From NCBI RefSeq assembly GCF_006345805.1, contig NC_043004.1, positions 40,114,001-40,178,000 of the forward strand: a DNA stretch of 64,000 bases, written 5' to 3'. Below are positions 26,743 through 40,976 of the stretch, piece after piece (within the stretch, counting starts at the first letter, position 1; each line of letters opens with the position of its first letter). The stretch comes from Octopus sinensis (lineage: Eukaryota). Under the pieces are notes generated by a model that had not been told where the DNA came from, did no database searches, and worked only from the letters and a program-made list of their open reading frames with translations. The translations under genes were made by a program, and so were the position numbers.

Positions 26743-27139
26743 CTGTTTCTTTACACAGACACACACATACACACGCACATACACACGTGCTTGTGCATGT
26801 GCACACTCGCACACACATACGTGTATAGATATTTAAATGGGAAAGATATGGCAGTAACTGCAAAATAATAACGCATGTGGAAATATTTATTAGAACCTAT
26901 TGTTTTCCTATAATTGATTCCCTTAACTTTTTTTCTAAAAACATTATAGATTCTATAAAATAGAGTGTGGAATGGACAGGGTGGAGAGGGGAAGTAACTG
27001 GAATGCACATAGGAAGAGGGTATGAAGATAAGTCCTGATAAATGTTATAAAATATTTCAATAAAATATAACAAATTAGGATGGGGTTTTTTTTTTTACAA
27101 ATAGATCCTTTCATTGTTGGTTGGCTTTTGCATAAAGAG

Positions 27140-27142
<3 letters not shown>

Positions 27143-27177
<35 letters not shown>

Positions 27178-27254
27178 CATGTATGTGTGTGTGTGTGTGT
27201 TATATGAATGAATTTATATAAACCTATGTGTGATATACATATGAACATATGCAC

Positions 27255-27291
<37 letters not shown>

Positions 27292-27351
27292 ATATGAATG
27301 AATTTATATAAACCTATGTGTGATATACATATGAACATATGTACATGTGAG

Positions 27352-27385
<34 letters not shown>

Positions 27386-27615
27386 ATATGAATGAATTTA
27401 TATAAACCTATGTGTGATATACATATCAACATATGTACATGCGAGTGTGTGGGTGTGTGTGTGTGTATGTGTGTGAGTGTGTGTGTTATATATGAATGAA
27501 TTTATATAAACCTATGTGTGATATACATATGAACATCTGTACATGTGAGAGTGTGTGTGTGTGTGTGTGTGTATGTGTGTGTGTATGTGTGTGCATGTAT
27601 GTGTGTGTGTGTGTG
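27143..27615. repeat. Four tandem units of about 90-105 bp, each a unique core plus a variable (TG)n tract
   Basis: gaatgaatttatataaacctatgtgtgatatacatat recurs near 27204, 27295, 27389 and 27493. Confidence 0.85.
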
Positions 27616-27904
27616 TATTTGTTTTCTATCTCCCCTGGAAGAGTAAAGTATTATCTATCGCTAAAATTTCATTCTCAACACACATACATACATATATATC
27701 TACATACACTTCATTACTAAAGAATACATACATACAGTAGGATATGCATTCGCCTCCCAGCTGTTGGGTCAGCTCTGTGACCTTGGAATGCGTGGGCAGG
27801 CGTCGCATATAGAGTTGGAACAGAAACAATTGTAACAAATCATTAAAGATGTGTTTAAGGATTTTCTTTGCCTTCTTCCTATTTTTTATACATATATATA
27901 TCAT

Positions 27905-28218
27905 GTGGAGGCGCAATGGCCCAGTGGTTAGGGCAGTGGACTCGCGGTCGTAGGATCACGGTTTCGTTTCCCAGACCAGGTGATGTGAGTGTTTATTGAG
28001 TGAAAACACCTAAAGCTCCACGAGGCTCCGGCAGGGAGTGGTGGCAGTCCTTGCTGTACTCTTTCGCCACAACTTTCTCTCACTCTTTCTTCTGTTGGCC
28101 TGCTCGCTTAGCCAGCGGGGTGGCGTCATTTGAAGGCTAAAACAATGTGAAGCGCATTGTGACCAGCGATGTGTAGCAACATCTGATAGCCTGGTCGGTC
28201 ACGGGGATCACGGTGATA
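27905..28218 (+). mobile_element. SINE type B, tail B2
   Basis: Same head as 12292 but a different tail, shared with 56378. Confidence 0.88.
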
Positions 28219-28227
28219 TATATCATA

Positions 28228-28380
28228 GCATGCCGTCGGTTATGACAACAAGGATTCCAGTTGACCCAATCAACAAAACAGCCTGCTCACGAAATTAATG
28301 GGCAAGTGACTGAGCACTCCACAGACACATGTACCCTTAGCGTAGTTCTTGGGGAGATTCAGCGTGACACAGAGTGTAAA
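28228..28380 (-). mobile_element. SINE B1 tail fragment
   Basis: Matches 12530-12670. Confidence 0.7.
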
Positions 28381-29059
28381 AAAAATGTATAAACAAGACA
28401 AACGTACAAAGTCAAATGTAGTAATGGGATGGATGTATAAACAAGACAGAAGTCTACAGAAGATGGATATATAGCCAAAAGCTGCTTAACCACAACAATG
28501 CATGATTGCATGATATTTGTGTGTGAATAGCCATATTCCGCAGCAGTGAAACATGGACTGTGACCGCGGAGGATGTGCAAAGGCTTGAAAGAAATGAAGC
28601 CAATATGCTTCACTGGATGTGCAATGTCAGTATACATGTACGACAGAGTGTAGATGTCTTGAGAGGAAAATGGGCATAAGAGGCATCTGGTGTGCAAGAG
28701 AGATGAATGTGCTGGTATGGTCATGTGATGCATATGGACGAGGACAGTTGTGTAAAGAAGTGCCAATCTCCAACTGTAGAGGGAACCTGTGGAAGAGGTA
28801 GACCCAGGAGGACATGGGGTGACGTGGTGAAGCATGATCTTTGAATGTTGAGCCTAACAGAGGTGATGATAAGTGACCAAAATCTTTGGTGATATGTTGT
28901 GTATGAGAAGACTCGGCAAGTCAGATGAAATCATAATTGTGGCTGTTGCCAGTCTCATGTGAATGGCACCCATGAAACCATAATCATGGCTGTTGCCAGT
29001 AGCATGATCTATGAATAATGTTGGGCAGCACAGAGACAATGGCTAGTGACAGAGGCCTT

Positions 29060-29370
29060 TTTTCCTTGTTTGTTCCTTCTCGAACCATGCCTGGCTCATA
29101 AGGGCTGGTTTCCCGGTTTCTTGGCGTATAGGTTCCCCACCTGGACGGGACGCCAGTCCGTCGTAGGTGAGCTGCAAGATGCAGGAGGAAAGAGTGAAAG
29201 AAAGTTGCGGTGAAAGAGTCAGCAGATGTTTCGCCATTACCTTCTGCCGGAGCCGCGTGGAGCTTAGGTATTTCACTCATAAACACACACATCACCTGGT
29301 CTGAGATTTGAACCCGCAATCCCTCGACCGTGAGTCCACTGCTCTAACCACTAGGCCATGTGCCTCCACA
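29060..29370 (-). mobile_element. SINE type B, tail B3
   Basis: Reverse complement of 42096-42395. Confidence 0.88.
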
Positions 29371-29628
29371 AATAATAAATGCGCCCTTTTAAAGCCTAGC
29401 CAGGCTCATAGGCCCGGTTTCCCGGTTTCAATGGCGTATGTGTTCCCCAGATGGACGGGACGCCAGTCCATCGCAGCGTTACTCATTTTTGCCAGCTGAA
29501 TGGACTGGAGCAACATGAAATGAAGTGTTTTGCTCAAGAACACAACACGTCACCCGGTCCAGGAATCGAAACCACAATCTTACGATCATGATGCTGACGC
29601 CCTAACCACTAAGCCACGTGCCTCCACA
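29371..29628 (-). mobile_element. Hybrid SINE (A head and core plus B4 tail)
   Basis: A core joined at aaaaatgag|taacgctgcgatggactggcg to the tail seen at 56170-56283. Confidence 0.85.
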
Positions 29629-30784
29629 ACAGACAAGACATCAAGCCAAGTGAAATTGTAGTCATGGCTGTTAGCAGTGTGATGTAAATGGCAACCATGA
29701 AATCATAATTGTGGCTATTACTGGTGTCATGTAAATGGCACCCATGCTGGTGGCACACAAAAAGAACCCATTATACTCCTGGCTTACCAGTTCCAGTCAA
29801 ACCCTCTTACCCATACCATCATGGAAAGCGGATATTAAATGATGATGGTGATAATGATGAAGATGATGATGATGATATATATACACATATATAAACAAAA
29901 CAAATGAGATAAATGTATGAGATAGATGTATAAAAGAGACAAATCTCTAAACAAGATAGGCGTATTAAAAGGAGAGATGTATAAACAAGAAGGATGTATA
30001 ATAAAATGATGTCTAAACATGACAGATATGTAAACATAACAGATATACAGTTGTATAAACATGACAGCTGTATAAACACGGTGGATATATGCACAAAACA
30101 GCCATGTATATATAAAAAAATGAGAATAATATAAATAAAACAAATGCATAAACACAAATATAAATAGCAAAAAAGCAAACATGAAACAGATAAATCAATC
30201 AAATAGGGAATAATTTTGTTGTTGCTATTGTTGTTGTTGCTATTGTTATAAATTGTTGTTGCAGTTGCCATTGAGTAGTTAAGTTCTTGAGTGTGTGTGA
30301 ATAATACATGACCTGGGATTTTTTTTTTCCACAAAAGGGAATCTTATTAGCTTCAGTTTGGGGCATTTCAGATGAAGGAAGAAATCAATTTGGTTAACGC
30401 ATGCATAAACACACTTGAAAATATGCACATAGCCTCACACACACATATATATATATATATATACATACATGTATGCAATGCACACACAGACACACACACA
30501 CACACATACACACACGTGCACACATACACACACGTGCACACATACACTGTGTAATAGATTTTGTTGAGTCGGTTTATGTAGATCAGCTTGACTTTATTGT
30601 ATTTTTAATTGATCTTGTTCTGTAAGGCAATGCATGCGGTGTGTTTTAGAGACGTCTCATGAGCCAACAAACTTTGGCATTCGAGGAATAGCTAAGTGTG
30701 TGTGTCTGTATGTATGTATATATGCATGTGTGCATATGGTGTTATTTGGAAAACGGCTGATTCGCACATGCGCATAAACACAGT

Positions 30785-31088
30785 TACGATGACAAGGTGT
30801 ATAGTTGATCTGATCAACGGAACAGCTTGCTTGTGAAATTTATGTGCAAGTGGCTGAGTACTCCACAGACACGCAAACCTCTAACCTAGTTCTCAGGGAT
30901 ATTCAGCATGACACAATGTGACAAGGCTGGCCCTTTGAAATACAGGCACTATTCATTTTTGCCCACAGAGTGGACTGGAGCAATGTGAAATGAAGTGTCT
31001 TGCTTAAGGACACAATGCACTGCCCAGTTTCGAACTCAACCTTACGATAGGGAGCCAAATGCCCTAACCACAAAGTCATACACCTTTA
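30785..31088 (-). mobile_element. Hybrid SINE (A head and core plus B1 tail)
   Basis: Diverged reverse complement of 56821-57140. Confidence 0.78.
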
Positions 31089-31177
31089 CTACATAAATAC
31101 TAAGACTTTCTAATAAATATACACATAACACAGATACTCACATACAAGCATATACATGAACACAAAGACTTTCACAC

Positions 31178-31194
31178 TCTCTCTCTCTCTCTCT

Positions 31195-31275
<81 letters not shown>

Positions 31276-31283
31276 ACACACAC
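31178..31283. repeat. (CT)n-(CA)n microsatellite
   Basis: Seen directly. Confidence 0.95.
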
Positions 31284-31534
31284 ATTGAATATGGGTCAGG
31301 ATTCCCAGTACAGAACAAAATAAGAATTATTGAAACTGGGTAGTCACCACTGGAATGTCTTTGATTATAGGTCTACTCGATCAGGACTGACCAAGTGCTA
31401 AATAACAACTTTCTTCATGGTGAATTGATATTGGTGATCTTTCCCTGCAGTGAATTGATGGTGGTGAACTTAACTGTAATCAGCAAAGTTAGCCTAGGCA
31501 GGATTTGAATGCAGATTGTAAAGAGACACAAATC

Positions 31535-32575
31535 TATTAAATTTTGCCAAAGGGAGCAGAAAGAAGCTCCATACAGGGTACCCAATGAAATCCATGGGTT
31601 CAGAAGAGGTGTAGTGGAATCAAAAGCAGGTCGGTAGTGAATAAAGACTGTGCCCATTTGTAGATGTGCAAGAGTAACTAGTAATCAGAGTGCCAATAAA
31701 ATAGATCCTTGCAAAGGCTGGGAATGCTCCTCGTAAATAGTTGATAGTTTCTGTCACCTAGACGACCTAATAAGCAGCAGAGAAGGGATTCTATAAGGTA
31801 GTATCAAAAAGTTCCAGGAGTAGTTATGTTTAATAAAAAATAACTTATTCACCTAGTAAAAGCATGTAACCAGGATTAGGAAAAGGCGGGAAAAGTTCAG
31901 AGAGCTAATTTTCGCTGACAGCCAGGAGATTCTTTTACCAAGCAGTATGATGTTTGTATACAAACTGTGATGCTGTAAGGCAGTGAAACATAGGCACTGG
32001 ATGCAGATGATGTGCAAAGATTGGAAAGCAAGCATGATCTGCCAGCTGTGTAATGCTAGTGTACATAAGCAATGAAGCATAGATAAACTGAGAGAGAAAA
32101 AAACCAAACTGAATATAAGCAAAATTACCGTATTTTAACATGTATAAGGAATCCTCGTGTATGGGGAATTTTTGGCGCTTAAAATTTGTAAAAAAAGGTT
32201 TTGTAAGGAATTATAATACTATCCATGTATAAGAAACTCCCATATTTTTCTAACCTAATTTTTTAACAAAAAAGGATTCTTTATACATGCTAAAATGCAG
32301 TAGTTTTAGTTGGTAAGAGAAACAACAATTTTTGCATGAATATTTAATGCATATGGAGGATGACCAAAGAGTAAGAAGTACCAGGAGATCCATGTAGAAG
32401 AACAAGCAGAAGATGAAGACCAAGGAAGACATGGACAGAAAAGGTAAAAATGGATCTCAAGATACTGAAAGTCAGAGAGAAGATGACAAATGAATGTAAC
32501 AAGATGAGGAATGTTTGTTAGCGGGATCCATGCAACCATGGATAAAATGGCTTAAAGACGATAATGATGATGATT
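31535..32575 (+). mobile_element. Heavily decayed RTE LINE (post-RT region to 3' end) with two insertions
   Basis: GAERSSIQGTQ*NPWVQKRCSGIK..IVDSFCHLDDLISS..IVTRIRKRREKFREL..QTVML*GSET*ALDADDVQRLE..RPRKTWTEKVKMDL, then a (gat)n tail. A mariner-TIR-like fragment lies at about 31791-31855 and a MITE at 32128-32300. Confidence 0.8.
32128..32300. mobile_element. pogo/Tc1-type MITE
   Basis: Imperfect TIRs ccgtattttaacatgtataag / ctttatacatgctaaaatgcag, TA on both sides. Confidence 0.65.
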
Positions 32576-32654
32576 GGCATATATTAGATATTATAGCATT
32601 CATTGGAGACAAAGAAAAAAGGATGACATGATTCAGTAATGTGTATATAATTGC

Positions 32655-33064
32655 GGATCTTTTCGGTTTGAACGACAGTTTTTAACATAATTTCTAGGTA
32701 ACTAAAAATTTTAAACTTCGTATACTGGTAGAATGTGTTTATAAAACATCTTTTTCTCTTGGCTTCATTGAGAAAATTCTATGGTTTGTAAGATATTTGT
32801 TGTTTTTTTTATTCAATTTCTGCAATTTCAACCAATCACTGACGTTTATTGAGGTAAAAAACATTCTGTGCCGTATGAATATGTCCCTCGTTTAAGAAAC
32901 AGATTGGGTTTATTTACATTTGTGAAGAAAAAAAGACACCCTTCTCCTCACCCCTAACCCTAAAACAGATTGAAATGCAATAGATCGATACTAGGGTCAT
33001 AATTATGGGTGACAATTTCATATGACACCGCTAGAAAAAACTGCCGTTCAAACCGAAAAGATCC
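32655..33064 (-). mobile_element. GG-terminal MITE (Merlin-like), copy 2
   Basis: 29-bp TIRs; perfect 8-bp TSD ataattgc at 32647-32654 and 33065-33072. Confidence 0.9.
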
Positions 33065-33619
33065 ATAATTGCTAATAGACATTGCCAACAGAACAACAGT
33101 CCACAGAAGTGTATATCATTGACTTGTAAACATGTAGATATGAATTGAAATGAAGGGTACAGTTCTAATAACGTCACTGATGTCATTAAATACATATGGA
33201 AAACTTTGTCAATGAATCCCTCTTGTCTCCCTTTCTGTACCTCTTTCGTCTTTCATTAATTATAGATCTCTCTCCTTCTATCCTTATTTTCTTCCTTCCT
33301 TCTTATCAAATATTTTTCTCTGCTTTTCTTCCTTCCCACAAAGTGATACAGGCGTCATTTTAAAGTAAAAAAAAAATTTAACTTCTATCTGTGTATCTCT
33401 GCATCCGGCTATTTCCCTCTCTCCTTCATACACGCACACACACGCACACACACACACACACACCACACACACACACACACATGAAAACAAATACTCTATC
33501 TTGGTATCTTCCTGTCTCTTCCTTCAACTCTACTACTGCAGTCTTTGAAATCAAAAAAATCATCTTATCTCCCTCATCTTCCTCACTCTCTCTATATATA
33601 CACATTAATCACATTCTCT

Positions 33620-33650
<31 letters not shown>

Positions 33651-33686
33651 TTATATATATATGTATATATATGTATGTGTATATAT

Positions 33687-33765
<79 letters not shown>

Positions 33766-33766
33766 T

Positions 33767-33800
<34 letters not shown>

Positions 33801-33881
33801 AATATATACCTTTCTATCTCTAATCATTTCTGAAGCCAAAGATCTCAATAACTTTCTCTCTCTCTTCTCTTAGCCCTCTCC

Positions 33882-33919
<38 letters not shown>

Positions 33920-34397
33920 ATTTGAACATTAAATCACAACTCTCCCTACCAACCACTCTCCTCTTTCCATACAGAATCAGATGTGACTCTCTGAAGTCAA
34001 ACATTTCATCATCTCATCTTTTCTTCACTACCCCAACACACACACCCACACGCTTTTTCACTCAATACAGATGTGCTTCAATGGTCTCATATACACCCAC
34101 ACAGTTGTGAGTGTATATATAAACAAAACCTATACTCCAGTATCAACCGGAAAGATAATCTCTTCATCAAAATCACTTCTTTCTCTTTGGCATACACACC
34201 CATACATCCACCCATACATCACACACAAACACACACACACACACACACAAACACATATACTGAGATAAAAAGCAAATGACCCCTTCAGTAGCTTCAACAA
34301 CGAATAATTGCATTGATTGGTTAATAAAACTACTTACGCACCAAATTATAGAGTAAGAAGGTGAGTATTTTGTAACCTTTATGCAATTCACAGGCGG

Positions 34398-34730
<333 letters not shown>

Positions 34731-34775
34731 ATCTGATAGTTGACAGTTCCCTCTCCACAAGTTTGTAGCCTAGTA

Positions 34776-35297
34776 CCGTAAATCCTTGAGTATAGTCCGC
34801 CACTGAGTATAATACGCAGGGGATTTTTAGGGGGATATACCTCTAAAAAGCCTAAACCTTGTGTATAATACGCACCCCTTCTCTAACTTGAGTCGTGTGT
34901 AATTAAGTCAGCAGCACCTAGTTGAACAAATGCTTCCGCACATGCGTAATACAATAATGGTGGTGTTCTTAACTATTATATGGGAATGTAAATATGTTTG
35001 CAAATTGTTTTTGTTACATGTTATTCTGTGTTCTGAATACTTTTATTTTAATAAATGTTGCTTACTGCAAGTTATGAATGATTCTTTTATGACTTCATCG
35101 CTTTCAGGCTTAGCTTAAGGTATTTTCACACCCGACATCACAAAATACGTCTGAATAAACATTGCCGGACAGCAAATAGAGACTCGGACATTGCTTAGAA
35201 AATATTTTTCATTTTTAACCTCGTATATAGTATGCACTAGGGATTTTGACCTTTAAATTTGGGGAAAAAAATGCAGGTTATACTCGAGGATTTACGG
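34776..35297. mobile_element. pogo/Tigger-type MITE
   Basis: TIRs ccgtaaatccttgagtata / tatactcgaggatttacgg; TA TSD at 34774-75 and 35298-99. Confidence 0.88.
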
Positions 35298-35784
35298 TAC
35301 CTATAATTCAGATCTATTCTGCACTAATCAAAATGCTTTGCAGATATTTAGTTGTACTCAGGCAATCCCATTGCTACTAGTTTGGTTCCAATGCATTGCA
35401 CATTAAGGTTAGTGTTTTCTGCACTTACTCTGGGTTCGCTCAAGACTTGTGAGTGAAACTGGACTTATAGTCTCACTAGCAACCTACTGCAAGTATGGCT
35501 TTCTTTTACTCGTCTCAGTCATGCTGGAGCACTGCCTTGATGTGTATGTGCATACATACATACAGAGAGAGAGAGAGGTAGATAAAGAGAGAAAAGCAGA
35601 CATAAAGAGAGAAAAACAGACATAGAGAAAAGCATGTGTATGGATGTCCATGTATGTATGTGTGTGTGTGATAAAAAGAGAGAGAGAGGGAGAGGGAGCA
35701 TACATGCAAGTGTACACAAGTGTGGTTAAGGAAGTAAAGACGATTGATTATATGAAATATAATGATAACAAAAAACTGAGACAG

Positions 35785-36314
35785 GAAAGAAATGCTGCTG
35801 CTGTTGATGATGATGATGATGATGATGCCGACAACGACAACAATACTGCCGATGACAACAGCAATGATGATGACAAAGATTGTAATGGTAATGGTGGTGG
35901 TGGTGGTGGTGGTGGTGGTAGGTGGTGGTAGTAGTGGTGGTGGTGATGATGGTGGTGGTGGTGGGTGGTGGTGGTAGTGGTGATGGTGGTGGTGGTGGTG
36001 GTGGTGGTGGTAGTGGTGATGGTAGTGGTGGTCGTCGTCGTCGTAGTGTTGGTGGTGGTGGTGGTGAGGGTGGGTGGTGGTGGTGAGGGTGGGTGGTGGT
36101 GGTGAGGGTGGGTGGTGGTAGTGGTGATGGTGGTGGTGGTGGTGGTAGTGATGGTGGTGGTGGTGGTGGTGATGGTAGTGGTGGTGGTGGTGGTGGTGGT
36201 GGTGGTGGTAGTGGTGGTGGTGGTGGTAGGTGGTGGTAGTGGTGGTGGTGGTAGTGGGGGTGGTAGTGGTGGTGGTAGTGGTGGTGGTGGTGGTGGTGGT
36301 GGTGGTGGTGGTGG
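35785..36314. repeat. (GAT)n then (GGT)n low-complexity tract
   Basis: Seen directly; source of the poly-Pro/His/Thr ORFs. Confidence 0.93.
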
Positions 36315-36916
36315 CTGTGCATGTACGAGTGAGAACATGCGAGTGCGGTTGTGTATTTTCCGATACACCGAACATATTACAACTGACAACAACACAATAT
36401 TGAATAAACCAAAACCTGTGGACTGTGACCACGGCTGTTTTGTTTAATAACTAAGAGATTTCATGTTGTCTGACTGAGATGGAAACTGGTGATGGTTGAG
36501 ACATGAGACGGTGGGGGGGGTGCGGGAGGATATTGGGGCCCCAAGATAAGGAACAGGAGAAGGAACATAAGAGAGAAGGATCAGAATCAGACCAGAGTAT
36601 GGGTGTGGAGGTGAGGTGTAGTTTGTTAGTTTGCTTTTGGTTTCGAAACCATTTTATGCTTGAGTCTCTCCACTACCTCCAATCCACCTTCACATCCTCC
36701 AGTCGTCAAGGGCACTTCTATGGAAGCCCCTACTGCAACATCTACAGTATCTCTAGAGAAGCCTGTATGGAAACCTAGCTGTCTTACTGCATGACAACCT
36801 CTTCAGTAGTGTCTACATTATAGTACACTCTACAGCAGCCTTAACAGCAATTTCAACTGGATCCCCTACATCAAAGCACTTTTGCCAACACAGCAGTTTC
36901 TACAGCAGCTTCTAGA

Positions 36917-37200
36917 GCAGTGGTTCTCAACCAGGGATCCCTAAAGGGCCATATCTGGCCCCTTAAGGATCACCAGTTGAGAATCTTCAATTTATTATTT
37001 TGTTGTGTGAACCCCCAAAAATCTTATATGGCCCCATAGGGGCCATATACGATTTTATATGGACCCTTATGGGCCGTATAAGAATTTTAGGATCCGCACA
37101 AAAAAAAAGTAAATTGAGGATTTAAAATAGTATTTTAACCCTTTAGCATTTAAACTCGCCAGGATTTAACTAAAATCGAGACATTTTTATGAGAACCAGA
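36917..37200. mobile_element. Degraded hAT-type MITE fragments
   Basis: cagtggttctcaacc start, gttgagaatc and gagaacc ends; no clean TSD. Confidence 0.45.
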
Positions 37201-37257
37201 AGTAGTTTAAAGTGTATATGTATCAAAATGGTTAAAAAAAGATGTTACCCATGTAAT

Positions 37258-37636
37258 GAAAAAATATGTGAAGACGCATGACTCAGTGGTTAGAACATCG
37301 AGCTTACAATCGTAAAGTTGTGAGTTCAATTCCCAGACCGAGCTGCATGTTGTGTTCTTGAGCAAGACACTTTATTTCACATTGCTCCAGTTCACTCAGC
37401 TGTAGAAATGAGTTGTGATGTTACTGGTGCCAAGCTATATCAGCCTTTGCCTTTCCCTTGGATAACATCGGTGGCGTGGAGAGGGGAAGCCGGTATGCAT
37501 GGGCGACTGCTGGTCTTCCATAAAAGCAACCCTAGGCTGTGCATTTGTCAGTGAGGCAACTTTCCACCCAGACTTGTACCCCGGAGGGGAACCTCTTAGG
37601 TGCACCCATGGTCATTCGTGACCAACGGAATCGAGT
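37258..37636 (+). mobile_element. SINE type A
   Basis: 15-bp TSD tgttacccatgtaat at 37243-37257 and 37637-37651. Confidence 0.9.
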
Positions 37637-39868
37637 TGTTACCCATGTAATATTATAGACATGACCATCATGGTTGAAGTGCTTTTAATCCTAGGTCTAA
37701 TCAGTCAAGGCCTACTCATCAGTATCAACTTCATTTTCCCTCCAGTGGATTGATAAATTAAGTACCAGTAATATACTGGATCTATTCAATGGACTATCCC
37801 CATCCAAGCCTACAAGGAAACTGCTCTGTAAAGCAATTATATACTGTGAATCACATTGTACCAGTTTCTTAAGGATAAGATGCACCAGATACACAGCTTT
37901 CTGTATACTCTTAATAAGACAGTATGGTCACAGCTGGATTGCCTCTGATCATTAGATCATGCTCAATCAGGGTTTACTGGATATTTAATAACAATAACAA
38001 CTGCTCCCAGCATGGCCACAGCCTCAGGGCTAAAACTTATAAAAGAATAAAAGAAAGATAGGGATATATAAAAGAATAGAGAGAAAGTGAGACAGAAAGA
38101 CAAAGAGGAAAAAAAGACAGAGAAAGAGAGAAAGAAATAGAGAGAGATAAGGGGTGTGGGGGCTAGAAAAAAAAGAGGAAGAAGCAGAAAGGATATAGAA
38201 AAGATAGAGACACAGGGATAGAAAAAACAGGTAGAGAAGCAGAAGCAATCACAGAGAGATAGACAGACAGAAAGAAGGAGAAAGAAAGAGAGAGAGAGAG
38301 AGAAAGGCTGAGGGAGACAAAGAAACAGAGATAAAGAAGCTGAACGGGAATGAAAGTGAAAGTAATGTTTTATGAAAGCTAATGGTTGTCTGTCACAGAT
38401 TGTTAGCCTGATACCTAACAGAGGAGATGAGGCTGACACACATCAGTGAATATCTGAATACCTTGTTGGTAGTAGTCACGGTGGCGGTGGCAGCGGTGGT
38501 GGTGGTGGTGGTTGGAGGTGGGAGAAATCGGTAGTTGAGGAGATGGGAGGGGTCTGAAGGCAGCTGTAGTTGTTGTTGCTGATGGTGGTGGTGGTGGTGG
38601 TGGGGCAGAGAATAAGGTATATTGATTTGCAATACTATATAGATAACATACACTGCAGGCCTTGTAGAAGAGAAGGTGAAAGAGAAATAGGGAACAGAAA
38701 CTCTCTTTCTCCCTCCCCACCTCTCCCCCTCTTTTTCACCTCTCTTACTAGTATGGGTTTCATGGTGTCATATTAGTGTGGTTTAGTTATGAAAGTAACC
38801 TGGTATTCACAGACAAGGTTGACTAGATTTAGCACAATGGATGTATTGTTGCTATTGTTGTTATCATCACTGTTATCATTTAAACCTCAGGTCAGGTCTA
38901 ATTAAGCAAACCTATGATGAAAAAAAAACAAAAAACTTTCCAATTATGACCATCCTCTCTTCTTTCCAGACACAGTTTTTTTTTTTTTTTTTTTTTTAAA
39001 GATAGTTGAGTAATTTGAGAAAAGTTTGTCAACTATTTTTAGTAGTAGACTAAACATCCTCGTAGGAATACTTTGCAGTCTGGTATATTGTGGTACAGTG
39101 TAAACGAGGGTCACAAAATATGATGTGTGATTTGTAAGACTAAATGGAGACGATGAAATGTTTATGACATGCTTAAAAGCCGCATTCTGTACGGACTTTT
39201 GAGTTGGCTCCTGCGGAGGGTTAACTGGGCCCGAGGCCCAAAACCAAGGAGAGCAATAACAATAAAGCATTTATTAGTACCCTACCAATATGATGTTACT
39301 TTAAGTTCGGTTTAGATGCAAAACTTCTAAGTTCACATATTTTGGGAGTTCTTTAAAAATTTGAATTTTCAATTGTTAACACATAACAAATCTTCATGCA
39401 GACCTGATCCCAATGCTGCATGTTCAAGAGTCAAATGAAGGGCAGATTTTCAATCCTGGGATCATCCTGGTTCCAAAAGGGCAAAATATGTCTATGTAGA
39501 GCAAATGTAGGCTGAGTTACAGGGGTCCCAGACAGACAGAATTTCACGTTTGTTATTATAGATCGCAGTCTGTGGGGTGTTATTGCAGATTGAATGAACA
39601 AGTAGAGGCTTTATCAGTGGCTTGTGTGGTGCAGGAGGTTGTGTTATGGAAGTGTAGTCTCTGTTGTGGTACATTCAGGGTGATACAATGTAGTATCATT
39701 ACGGTATGTTATGGCATGGTATATTACACTATCATACAATGTAATGGAGTGGAGATATGATATCATAATTTTGAGTATGACGTATTATGGTTCATTGGAC
39801 ATATTGTGACATATGATTATTACAACATTGGGCATATTATGATATATTATGGTTCATTATGTCTAGCA

Positions 39869-40575
39869 GTAAGATATTATTGTGAAAGCAATAATTTCAA
39901 GCCCAGAGAATTGTGGTTTTTGGACAACCTTCAAATCTCAGTTACACTCAACTGTGTGTAACAGTTAAATTCATTTTCATTCAACCACATGCCAGAGAGT
40001 TATTTCCGTTTTCAAGGTATATTATCTAAGAAGCACCAAGTCCACAGATAACAGTGAATAATGATAAACATCAGTCTGTAAAAAAAATTAGGAGAAATTA
40101 CAACATTATGCAAGCCATAAAAGCATCAAAGATGCACAGGATGCTGAACATATGTGTTTCAGTGTCGTTTGAGAAAAAAAAAATATTATGATCAAATGTA
40201 GTCGAAGAAGAAGAAGAAGTGATGATAAAACAGTTGCAATCAGTAATAAGCCTTGTACATGTAGATAATATTTACAATTCATTACACGCTGATAACAAAC
40301 CTCCACCCGCCTCACACATGAAGACTTTCAGGAATTAACAGAACCGCATCATGTGAAGGAGAGACTCCTCCACACATGAACAGCTTTTTAACAACAGTGA
40401 TTTTTTAGCTAAAATACTTGGAGAAATAACTCAGGCTTTATTTAAGACAACTTTCAGAAAACAATCCAGTTTTTAAATAAAGAGAGAAAATTATAATATT
40501 TGCAATGTTAATTGCTGAATCGTTACAAAGAGGTTCATAAGAAAGCATAGCAATCAACCATTCATGCCTTTTTTA
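39869..40575 (+). mobile_element. Decayed Tigger/pogo transposase (DDE region to C-terminus)
   Basis: VRYYCESNNFKPRELWFLDN, then QRVISVFKVYYLRST (39993; compare DQGVIxxFKxYYLR), RRNYNIMQAIK and EDFQEL; frameshifted. Confidence 0.7.
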
Positions 40576-40607
40576 GCATGGTTGTTCATAGGTGCAGGTA
40601 TGGTGTG

Positions 40608-40976
40608 TTAGCATTCAAACCACCCATATCCAGCCAAAATAATCTGTTTTATCTTCAGACTGGCCAGATCCAGCCTCTCATGCATACCCTACAATATTTT
40701 TCTAAAAGTAAACAAACATCATCATCATCATCATCATCGTTTAACGTCCGCTTTCCATTAAAGCGGACGTTAAACGATGATGATGTTTGTTTACTTTTAG
40801 AAAAATATTGTAGGGTATGCATGAGAGGCTGGATCTGGCCAGTCTGAAGATAAAACAGATTATTTTGGCTACATAATCAAATTCTCAAAGCTACGAGTTA
40901 ATACATGATTAATCCAAAACAATGTGAATAAATAAGCATTACATTTGACAGAGAAATCTGAATGGTAAACAGTTAA
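40608..40976. mobile_element. Probable piggyBac-type MITE disrupted by a fold-back duplication
   Basis: Left ttagcattcaaacc, right aatggtaaacagTTAA. A related left end TTAAccctttagcatttaaac occurs at about 37136. Confidence 0.5.
40632..40870. repeat. Long palindrome (arms 40632-40754 and 40760-40870, 5-nt loop)
   Basis: Exact reverse complement except (CAT)7 versus (ATG)3. Confidence 0.93.

Larger units (their letters stand above)
28503..29875 (+). mobile_element. Decayed RTE LINE C-terminus and 3' UTR, interrupted by two SINEs
   Basis: 28503-28928: SSETWTVTAEDVQRLERNEANMLHWMCNV..WYGHVMHMDEDSCVKKC..VEGTCGRGRPRRTWGDVVKHDL. The UTR resumes at about 29630 and ends (gat)n. Confidence 0.85.

Noticed and set aside
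27143-27615. Repeat-plus-variable-spacer pattern superficially like a CRISPR array (also 51637-52022)
   Set aside because: Spacers are microsatellites, the context is eukaryotic, and there are no cas genes.
35515-36447. Poly-Pro/His/Thr/Gly ORFs resembling extensin or formin
   Set aside because: They derive from (GGT)n/(GAT)n repeats. The short unique tail at 36315-36447 matches nothing I recognise and has no clear splice context.
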